In this document: piece by piece, positions 39,956-50,331 of the stretch
Layout of the letters: every line of letters starts with the position of its first letter
How positions within the stretch are numbered: the first letter of the stretch is position 1
NCBI RefSeq assembly: GCF_002105155.1
Contig: NW_019029006.1
Span: 62,001-126,000 of the forward strand
From: Lobosporangium transversale
Taxonomy: Eukaryota
Length of the DNA: 64,000 nucleotides
Direction of reading: 5' to 3'
Position numbers and translations under genes: made by a program
The notes under the pieces: model-generated
What the model was told of the DNA's origin: nothing
Seen by the model: only the letters and a program-made list of their open reading frames with translations
Database searches by the model: none

Positions 39956-39966
39956 AATACTTGTGT

Positions 39967-41430
39967 CTAGCGTCGTGCGCGCTTTGCAGCCGGAGCAGGC
40001 GACTCTTCCGTGGGCTTGTACTTTGCAGGTCTCTCTTGCCTCTCAATTTGAGCAAGACTGATTCTTGCGATGTTTTCCGCCCCTACTGCGTCACGGTTGA
40101 AGAATACCTTACATGCCCAGCAATATTTAGAGCGAGGGTACACCGCCTCTAAAAAGCTATCGCAGAGGAGTCGGGGACAGCGGGCGCTGGTGTAAAATTC
40201 GTGCACTATAGCAAAGTGTCCTCGTGCTTTGACCTAAGCGTTTCAAATGGCAGTCGTTTATTAGCAAGGGTTCTATGGCTTTCCAGCTTTTCTTACTTTT
40301 TTAAAAAAAAAAGTCATACCCGTGTGACAAGGTGTCTCGTTATAGCAGTGTGCTTGCTGGGAACTCCTTTACTACTTTCAAAGGACCCTAGGCCGACGAC
40401 AAGCACTCCTTTTTCCCCGAGCATCTTCAACACTCGCTGCACCCCGTAGTCGAACGTAACTCGTTGAGCCTTTCGTAGGTCCCATTTTTTTTTCAGGTGC
40501 CATCTGGACTCGTAAAACTCTTGAAGCACATCCAAGTTCTTTGATCCTGTCTGTGTCTGGGACTCCTCGTTCATCCATTGAAGGTACTCATTATACGTAT
40601 CCCTTCCAAACACAGGGATGGCGCTCTCAACTTCAATCATTCCTTTTTCACGCTTCCTTTTGTTCAACAGGTGATTGAAGCGGAGGACGGGAAGGTACAA
40701 GAACCTGCTTCTCACCTTCACCGCTTGCCGCAAGTTAGAGCTGTGAGAGTGCAGCGAGGAAAACGTAAGGGCATTAACAATACCAGGATCGCATCCGACG
40801 ATAGTTGTGGTGTTTGCGGATGGGCATCGTCCTGGTTCGTTGAATGTGAGCTCAACGCTTTCAAGTAGTTTGGAACTCCTCCTCCAGTTTATGTTTGCGT
40901 AGTCTTCATCTGCCAGGTCTTCACCGGCTGCCTTTGAACACGTCGTGTTGAAAAATCCCTGAGAAAGCTCCAGTTCTTGGTTGGCGTCTTCTTCATCTAC
41001 GTCAGACTGCTGCTGTCTCTTCGTCTGGGTTGTGTCATAGGCAAGTAGATTCGGAACTAGACCGTTGGTAGAAATCGTTCCTTTGAGTTTGAACCGAGTT
41101 ATGCCTTTGTCCTGTGACTGCAGGGATACTTTGTCTCGATACCCATTAACCATGCGATCACCTCCAATGTCACAAAAGAGAGCCTTTATCAAAACCCCTT
41201 TTGTTCCCTGTACACACTCAAACATTGCAGTCTTGGAAGGATTGTTGAGAGGCAGAATACGCTCCAGCAGTTGCTTGGTATCTTCGTTCGCCCAGAGGAT
41301 GTCAACTAGGGCGTGTTCAGACAGATACACATACCCGGGTGACCGGGGGACGTAGGAAAGTCTGAGTATTTTTTTACTCTTTTGTTCTCCCGCAAAAAAA
41401 AACTCAATGTCGCTCATATCTTCAAACTAG

Positions 41431-41464
<34 letters not shown>

Positions 41465-43451
41465 TAAAAATAAAAAGAGTCTGAATAGAGAGCAGAATAT
41501 GCATGAAAATACCCTACACAAGGTTATACCATTACGTGCCTGTAGTGCTGCCTTAATGATGTCTGTACTTGGCCCATTAGTAGCTCTGACGCTCTTAGAA
41601 ATGAGATCTTTTTGGGATCAGAGCCTTGCACGTCCCCCAATGTTATGTCTATTTCCTTTATTGGGGAAAGTTCAGTGATGGCCTTAAAATGTTCATAAGC
41701 GGGGAGATAATGGGGCGTTTCTACCGCCCTTCCTTGTTTTTTTGCCCTCGCGTAAGCTGAATTGGGCCACCTTGACCACTTAAAAGAAGGGTGGCGAGAC
41801 AGTAAGAATAGTCAGTGCTATCCAAAACCTCGTCCAGTGCCTTTTCCCTCGACCTTGCTGCCCCTGGTAGCCGCATGATCCTCTCAATGTCCAAGGCAAT
41901 CGCCCAGTATGCATAGCGGCGTAGTCGGTTGAGGACAACAACTGCCCCTCGGATCTGGCTTGCAATACTATCCCTTTCATCTGCGTCCAGTCCGCCTTTC
42001 CTTGCCATGGAAGCCTTGAGGGACCCAATTGTTAAGGCCTTGATAGGGTGCTTACTGCTGTAGCTGTGATCAACCTTCATAGCATCCTTCAAGTCCCTAA
42101 TTGGTGCACCTTCTTTTTTAGCCCTGTGGGGCTTCTTGCCTTTGTGCTTCCGCTTTTGTTTTTTCTGTTGCTTCTTTTTTGCCTTTCTCCGACGTGGTGG
42201 ATGCTTAAGGCCCGGCCTATCGTGCTGACGGCAGTTACTGATATCAACTGTGCACGCATTCAATATGCTCGGCTTGTCAGAAAAGATGGGCCGGAACTGG
42301 TTCCTATGTGACCCTTCCGCTATATAGAATGACGGCGTGTCTCTACATTATCCAAGAAAGGGACTAACGATTAGTATGGGGACGTTTGGTTTCAAGACCA
42401 AAACTATAGCTTGAGCTTCCTTACGTTCTACGGCGCTGCACCCGCCTTTGCTGAGCCATTCTATGGCGAAGATCCTTTCCATTGAGTAGACGCTGCTTGA
42501 AGTTATCGAACTCATTGTTCGGCAACGCTTGGGCCGACGTTTGATGGCTGGAAGTAAAAACGCGGAGAGCTACTCTGCCTTCTTCAGAGTCTGCGCTCCT
42601 TCCCAACACCTTACTAGCTTCCCTTAGGTAGTCTCGAAGCATTTTATTGTAGTTCTTGTCCCGCGCAACCTTTCGAATTAATCGAAGATTATTAAGCGGG
42701 CCCAACGTCTCGAGGTTCCTTGAGTAGTCATTGCCTGCGATGGCACAGAATAACACCAGATGTTCGTGTGATGGCAGTCTTAGTGCTTGGATAACGTTGT
42801 CTACATCGTAAACCCCAAACTTCCGTCTACAGTGTGGAAGGGGTCGCACTAGGATGCAGACTCGTTCGTACGCAAAAAAATCAGAGTCTTGGGATATCAC
42901 GATCCTATCATTCTCCTCATTATGGCACCCTATGCATGGGTCCGCTTCATATACGCACAGACAGACATCGAAGACAGAGCCAAGGCCTGTTGCCAGCTAA
43001 TTCTTGTCCTGGACGCTCAGGGTGTAGACTTCTCGAAGACCCTTCTGGATGCGCCTCATGACTTGAGGACGAGTCCATACCCCACTCCGGGAATTTCTCT
43101 CGAAGGTGCTCATATCGTTCTCCAAAGCGTCCATATTTTTTTGTCTTATGGTTTGCCGTTCTGTCCTTGCTTTTTCTTTCTCATTACAAGGTCTCCCATC
43201 AATATGTATAGTCAGATTGTCCGTTTTGAAATGATCCTTTATCTCGAGAGCCAGGGATCTTCCTACATCAATGATGGATTTGTTTTTCACCTTTACATGG
43301 ACGACTCTACGGTGATGTCGTAACAGAACGTACCGAGGAAATCTACATGAACAGAATGGTCAGGATTTGCCGCCAAGAAAGTGCCCACGTCAGTTTCCGA
43401 AGGTAAAACCCCGCGATCCGCAACCAGTTTGAAGAAGGACTTCAGCCCCAT
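39967..43451 (-). pseudogene. XPG/FEN1-family 5' nuclease fused to a Fanzor/TnpB-like RuvC-zinc finger nuclease (copy A), about 1,070 aa when repaired; 4 exons, 3 lesions
   Basis: ATG at 43451 (MGLKSFF..HVDFLG), then IHIDG, YEAD, ISQDSD and AGNDY..LG (XPG-N, XPG-I, H3TH); a basic linker; IVGCDPG (RuvC-I), VLVVGLG, VHEFYTSARC, C..C/CWAC and NRDAVGAENI (RuvC-III). Introns 42424-42343, about 41535-41427 and 40319-40234. Frameshift near 43311, TAG at 42997-42999, frameshift in the T7 run 41737-41743. Confidence 0.88.
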
Positions 43452-46403
43452 GGTCAATATCTAAGCGAAAGAGAAAGGAAAAAGGAAAAATGGTGGTGAT
43501 GAAAAGAAAAAAAAAGAGCGACAAAGGTATAAATTAATGAGCTTTTTATGGTTTAAAGATCCAAATTGAATAGATAAAGAATATTGAGGAAAAGATACAG
43601 GAACAAGTGGCAGTGGTAAAAGGGATGGGACTTTGGAGTGAACGAGCGGGAAAGAAGGAAGACAGTGATCCTTTTTTATATCCTGGATTGATGATGAATT
43701 TTATCATTGTCTCATATAGGCTTGATATCGATCCTTTGCTTCACAGGCCACATCAATCTTTACTCAGTTCCTTTATTTGGATTGGGGTTTTGTCCAAGTC
43801 AATTGCAGAGATCGACAAATAAATACAAGCTCTCGCATGAACGGCAGATTGGAAACAATAGTATTGAGATACCAAAGTGAGCATTCGAAAAAATCATCTC
43901 CTTCAGTGTTGATGTCGATCCTTTGCTATACAATTTTTTTTTCAGCTTCTTTTGTTTGCATTGGCCCTTGCTTTGTGAGGAATTTAATGATTTATAATTT
44001 TGAACAGGCTTCAGCTGTTTACAACTGATAGTGATTGATGAACAAAAAAGGAAACAAGATTTGCAAAAAAAAAAAAATTCTCGCCAAAAATTTTCGAAAC
44101 AATAAAAAAAACCCCGCGATGCAAGACATGTGTAGACAAGAAGCACAACAACTGTTTGCTCACATCCATTTTTTTCACCGTTAGTGTGCCTGTATGTCTT
44201 TTAAGCTTTCTGTCTGGTCGTTTAACACAAGGAACTCCCAGAAAAAAAAAATACCTCGCATGATTGGTGCCAGGCCTGAAAACAACAATAATGCAATGCT
44301 GTGCGTGGAAGATAGGGTCTAGAAACTATACCATTGTTATGCGGACTCACCGAAATCAACTTGTGATCAACTGCTACTCATGCTCTGTTGCCAAGGACTT
44401 GAACAGGTATACCAACTCCTTCTTCCTTGCTCTCATAACCGCTCACATCCTTTCGATGCATTCTTTCGCCGTAAATGTTCATTGCATCTGAATCACACAC
44501 AGGTATTTCACCATTCACTCGAACATAGATATATGTATCACCTTGGGTATGACATGTTCACTCTGGTTTCCACAGGCCCAACAAACTCTATTAGCAGTGT
44601 TTACCAACCCAGATATATCAAAGGAATGCAAGAAGACGAGGAAGCGAACGATGTGACAAATCAAGTCTTGCCGAGCTGTACAAGAAAAGATCAAGTTAGT
44701 CAAGCTCCATGGTGCGGAAGAATGAATCCACTCAGATTGCCCTCCTTTCAAGTCGATACTACAGCAGCGAATATTATCGCTGTTACATTACATCAGTCAA
44801 TAAATAAATGATACAATGGACTCCCAAGGGGATGCTAGGGTCATGCGATAGTCTTCATGAGTTTTTTTATTTGCACAAATAAAGAAGCCAGGTGTAAATA
44901 GTAACAATCAAAGGTGATCTTAGGTGGAATCGAAGGTCAAAGGATACTTTATTTGGCTATAGCGTAGTGGACTATTTATACTGATAATTGATAGGGTTGG
45001 GGCTTGGTGTCTTGGCACTTGGGCTTGGCGTCTTGGCGCCTGGGGTGCGCGTGATAGTTGAGCCCTCCTCAAAGGTTTGGGTTCAGTATTGTATAACACG
45101 TTTGCACCAGGATAGCTCCATGACAGTTAGTTTTCGGTCATTTATTTCGACGAATAAATTTCAAGACAATGCCCATGGATTGCTGGATTTTAAGCCCATT
45201 TATAATGACAAATTTGCCCTTGTTACGGATGAAGGGATAGTACTCCATTATTACCTAATCTAGTTCAACAGGCTTTTTAATCCCGATATAGACTGACCAA
45301 CTGAATCCTGGTGAATGGTCAACTTTCTTTCGAACCTTGGCGCCAACAGATGTACTTGGTTGTTCAATCGGATTCACGTGGACAACTACGGCCAGAATAT
45401 GCGTAGGAAGTAGGAAGTGATTTATCTAAATTCTATTTGTAGGCAAGAATGGATCGAGGGTTCTTCTCCGAACATTCTACCCTTTCTTGGCTCCAAAATT
45501 CTTAGAACGCGTTGAATGTGAAAACTGTAGTAAAAGGATCGGGTGTCTCCTTAGAAATGTAATAGGAAGCTACTGATTGATGTGGATTAAAATTGGTGAG
45601 TATGGTAAGATGTCCTTTATCGTCAAGCGGTCCATGCTTAGGTTACAATCGATATCTCAAACAGAATAGAAAAAAACATGCAACAAGCATCTGTAAGTTT
45701 TATTTCTGTGCAGCAACACTTCCAGATATTTATTTATATTGTCAATGATAATACCATCAGGTGCGCGCTCCAGTGTAATTACCAATTTTATATTAAAAAC
45801 ACCATACCTATCACACTGGTCAGGTCTAAAAAAAATAATTGGGCTGATGCCACGTGAAATACCATGGAAGAATTCAGATATTTTTTTTTTTCAACATCTC
45901 TTTCTCTTTATGGTTCCATCGATATTCCCACATCCATATTAATATCGCCTCTTAGCAATGAGAGCCTCTGGTCATTTCTTCTAAAGACAGGCTACGAGGC
46001 TTCACTACCATTTGTCAATCTGCTCCACTTCTAATCCCTCCAATCCCTTCAATTACAGTGCCTTCATAAGGTTCGATGTCCTAGGAACCTTATATCCCAT
46101 AATTTGAAACGCATACACCAATCATTCCCGCGATATAGCCCATAAGATCACGGAAGGAGAGCTGGGGAAAGTATGGAACACCAGAAAACCTTATTCTATA
46201 TCCCGACGGTGAAGCCTGTAAGGAAAAAAGACATACCCATACATGTTGAAAGGAAGCATGAGCCAAGACATTGATGGGACGCCTATCAAGAGCTCGATGA
46301 ACTACACCAACGCGTGCGAAGCAAGAGTTAAGTCTGAAAGAAACAGCTCTTGACTGTAATAAAGACGTTGGATAAGCCTTTCAATAGTCAAAAGAAGCAC
46401 GAG

Positions 46404-47232
46404 AATCATTCGAGTCGAATTTCACTGATATCGAATTCAATTCGTTTTCGAATAGTTATCTAAATTCGAATGCTTATCTGCAAAAGTCAAGGTAGTGTTC
46501 TAGGGGGATCTAAGGGTGCAATAAAGGTATCTTTATTCAGGGGGAACTATGCTACAGAACTAGATAGAAAAGTAGACCTATTTATACTAGTTAATATCCT
46601 GTTGCAAGGAATGCTCTAGAAATATGGGCGAAATACTATGTTGCACAAAATTATTATACAGTGGAATCTCGATAATTGTACACTTTTGTACAATTTTCGA
46701 ATTTGCTATATTTCTCGGTTATTGATTGGCTAAGAAGCCCACAATTCATGAAAAACTATTCTAAAAATCCTCTGCTGATTCCTCTACTCCAGTTGAGTGT
46801 GGGTTTTTTAGAATACTTTTTTTTAAAAGAGTAAGGCTCTTAGCCAACCAATGGCCTAGAAATATATCAAATTTGAAATTTGTACAAAAGTGTACAATTA
46901 TCGAGATTCCACTGTAGTGATTTCGCTTGCATTATCGAACCATTCGATACTCGAACTATTCGAATCGATCCAGGTTAGGGCTTATCCGAATCGATTCGAA
47001 CTTACTGTTGCGATTAGCAGTCATTTATATGGGTTTTTACTATAGCTAAGATTTTTACCCTTTTTATTTAACGAAGATCCCTGAATCATAATAAACACAT
47101 CTTTCTTTCGTTCTCGTTACTTATTATGATCCTGACATATTTCACTTACCACGATTCATTTTCGATTCGAATGCATTCGAACCCATTCGAATTCGATATG
47201 TTCGAATCGAATAGGAGAACTGGCATACCGTA
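46404..47232. repeat. TCGAA/TTCGA-rich repeat clusters, probably subterminal repeats of a DNA transposon remnant (hAT-like?)
   Basis: Dense TCGAA/TTCGA/ATCGA motifs in both orientations at about 46404-46472, 46930-47000 and 47150-47212; no paired TIR identified. Confidence 0.4.
46659..46914. mobile_element. Tc1/mariner(pogo)-type MITE, 256 bp
   Basis: Perfect 35-bp TIR CAGTGGAATCTCGATAATTGTACACTTTTGTACAA with imperfect inverted pairing continuing inward; TA on both sides (46657-46658 and 46915-46916); no ORF. Confidence 0.88.
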
Positions 47233-47272
47233 GGATAATAAGCTGTCTAAAGATTGAATTTCATATCTTTCT

Positions 47273-47304
<32 letters not shown>

Positions 47305-47998
47305 CAAAAGGATTCCAAGAGCATGAGCCAGGGTTTCTTGAAACACAATAAAGTGAGGGGAAAGAGGATAGCTGACAGATATTTTGAAGACTTCATAAGC
47401 GTTTTCGTAAGAAATATAAAGATTTAAGGCCACGACCTCCGTAATGTCACTAAACAGAATAAGAGAGCATATTTGAGATATTTGAGAGGATGACCTCATG
47501 CCCGGCCCCAGACTTACGAGAAGCGCGGTTACATATTACGAGGGTCAATTCGAACTGATGAGTTCCGTCTCCAGTTGCTGGCATTCAAATTGAACGAACT
47601 CAATGCGGTAAAATATAGACGACTTCCCGAGGACAGATAACCTCGCAGAACCAATTCCACTCTTGGCGGTACAGATAATTTCTTGACCGAGATAAGGAAC
47701 GTAGTGAGTATTAACAAGATACCACTAACCTTAGAAACTGCAAGACAGAAGAAATCTAGATTTGGGGCAATCTTTCATTGGAGCGAGCCCGCTAGCACGG
47801 CGGCCTAGACAGCCAAATTTTACAACTTGGCTGTCAAGTAGAAGGTAGTGTATCGGCCTACTCTCAAATACCGACATGGATGGAGCAGTGGAAGGCAGTA
47901 GCGGCGTATGGTTCACAATCCATTGGTGACGTTGAGAGTAGCCTACCTTCTCTTCGTGGGAATGATGCAAGCATAAAAAACTATATTGAGAAGCTCAG

Positions 47999-48507
47999 TG
48001 TCAAGGACTGGCAAGATAATTGTCAAGAAGGTAAGTGTTTAGAAAACAAGGTAGGGATCAGATATGGATTTATTGCAGACTGAGGTTTGCTATGTTACTA
48101 GTCTATGATATTTATACTTGTTTGGCTGGAGCGGAGACGTGTTTCAAGAACTCTAAATAAAGCTTACTCAAATACTTCCTAATGACTTTTACCATATGCG
48201 GAACTCCAAGTATTGAGTTAACTTAATACACAGGATCCGAGGAAGATATCTGGTGCAATCTTATATCAAGGCTCCTTGGCGCCATGAGCCTTGGTCATTG
48301 GTCTATAGCTCTTCTAGAATTCTTGGAGCTATTCACGGAGCTAGAAAACTAGAAGACGCGACTTGGCTTGACAGACAAAACTATGCATGAGGAAATGAGT
48401 GAATGAGGGAACAAATTAATCAAGCACACGTGATCTTTTCTGATTCGAATCAGACAAAAAAGTCATTCATCAATTCGTGAGCTCAACATTGCTTGCTGTT
48501 CGTGACA
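47999..48507. mobile_element. Solo LTR-like insertion, 509 bp
   Basis: Starts TGTCA and ends TGACA, flanked by a 5-bp direct repeat CTCAG (47994-47998 and 48508-48512). Removing it restores the copy B reading frame YIEKL-RDVEKDLYSFY. Confidence 0.85.
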
Positions 48508-50088
48508 CTCAGAGACGTGGAGAAAGACCTATATTCCTTCTATAGCAGCAACGATGTCATCAAGAAACATAGGTGTGATGCGAAAGGAGCCTTAGTCGAA
48601 GAATACAAGAAGATTACCAACAGCCTGCTCAAGATGGCTGGCGGGTCAGTTGGAGCGAAGATAAATGAAGGAAACAAGATTGTGATAGGGGTGAGCCTTG
48701 ACAAGTTCTCGTCTAATACAAAGCCATCTTCATTACATGAATCAGTCCAATCATACTTCGTGAATACGGTAAGTACTCGCCCACTATTACAAAAAAAAAC
48801 TTGGCCGACGGCCATATGGCTTTAAGCAGTAGTTAAAGCAGAGGTGGGCCAAGTTAGCCACAGAAAAACCGTTGACCATTACTTTTTATTGTCGTTGTTG
48901 TCACATTGTAACTTATCTTGCTCTCTTGCCCCATTCGGCCCGATCTCTTGGGTACATCGTTGTGGATGTAAACGAATACTACACCTCAAGAAATGTTCAA
49001 ACTGTCAAGAATTTGTTGGTCAGATTGAGATCCGTCGACTATATTGCAAGACATTTACGCACAGAGATGTCATGGCAGGGCATAACATTTACAACGTTAA
49101 AGGCCATTTACTTTATCAGGGGCGGACGTCCTATCTTGTGCCGGACAGGGGTAAGGATGTTTCCAGAGTGGATGGTGGAAAAAAAGAGAGCGAACAAGCG
49201 ACAAGTGCCGACCGAGCAAGAGGAGGAGCCCAGAGACAGCAAGAGAATTCACATTGAGCAAATCTAGTTCACCTAGTTTTACCATAGTTTAGAGGACCAT
49301 TTACGTGACTGTTCCAGTGCCGATTGTGCTGTACTCAAAGGTATCCAGGCTCCTAAATTTGTGGTCAATCAACTTCATGGCGGCTCTCTCCTGTTGCACC
49401 GTGTGACCTGTTTTTATAATTGCAATTAACCTGTCATTATTCTGGCTTTCCCAATTGAAAGTTCAATGACCATTTCCACCTTCTGCAATCAATTGCACAT
49501 GAAACGAGATTAGCACACATTGGAAAATACCATACACTAGCATTCTTCTCCCTCCTTGGAAAAGAAAACAGAAAGAAAAAAGGCAAAAATAAAATAAAAA
49601 CATGAAAGAAGAAATAGAGTTGACTACATGAAGAGTAACATCATGATAGAAATGATCAAACAAAAAAATCCACAGAAAACCCAATCTCTTCTTTGGTGGA
49701 TCTCTTTCTCTAAATGAGAGACAAGCGAAAAGAAACGAGAGTCCTGTTTGCGAGCTGGCTGGCTCACTCACAGGTCACACATCCACCTTCACTTGATACT
49801 CACGCCTCACCTCTTCTACTAATTTTGGACTCTTGGTAGTTTTTTTCCTTCCTTGGCTAATCCTTTTTCACTTTCTCATTCCATCTCTCACACTCACTCG
49901 CTCACACATCGTGAACAGACAAAATACAAGTACAAAACCGTGTGCACAAACTCACACTTCAGACCTCTCACTCCTTTTTGCCTCTCCGTCAGACTTTTTT
50001 TTTTTTTTTTTTTTTTCCCTTCTCATTACTTTGTCTCTCTTTGTCCCTCCCTTCTCTCTTTCTTTCTCTCCCTCTCTCTTTCTCTCTC

Positions 50089-50126
<38 letters not shown>

Positions 50127-50331
50127 CACACGATCATAAAAGAATCGGATTCTTTTTCGCTATTTCGATCTCTCTTTTCTTTGCTATACTCGGCCATTCA
50201 CTCTTCTCTGAACTTCTTTACCATCGATCACATTTGCAACAAATCTGCCCTAAAAAGCTTTTTTGAAACAAAGCCCGGCACTACAAGGTACAAACAAGGC
50301 AAAGCAAAGACACTGCTTCGACAAGAAGTAA

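Larger units (their letters stand above)
45958..49267 (+). pseudogene. Second, heavily decayed XPG-Fanzor element (copy B) with nested insertions and an internal deletion
   Basis: 5' part: SLWSFLLKTGYE, RFDVLGTLY, LILYPDGEACKEK (45960-46400). 3' part: RGYILRGSIRTD..LQLLAFKL, FYNLAVK*KVVYRPT, IGDVESSLP, FYSSN..KKHR, VIGVSL..FSS..SSLH, ARSLGYIVVDVNEYYTS, KKCSNC and HRDVMAGHN (47310-49267). Confidence 0.8.

Noticed and set aside
42421..43451. Host FEN1/RAD2/EXO1/GEN1 repair gene
   Set aside because: It splices in frame into the Fanzor module, carries lesions and has a decayed paralogue in copy B, so it behaves as part of a repeated element and not as a housekeeping gene.
39140..44180. CGGTGAAAAA (about 39140) and TTTTTCACCG (about 44171) as possible TIRs of copy A
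   Set aside because: Only about 10 bp and A-rich, with no TSD seen and far from the inferred ends; likely chance.
44264..45700. Coding-like fragments including a minus-strand AKTPSP repeat near 45000
   Set aside because: Interrupted by stops in every frame and no recognisable motif; possibly an old pseudogene, but no call can be supported.
46404..47212. CRISPR-like array
   Set aside because: The repeats are 5-6 bp with irregular spacing and no constant-length repeat-spacer structure, in a eukaryotic context.
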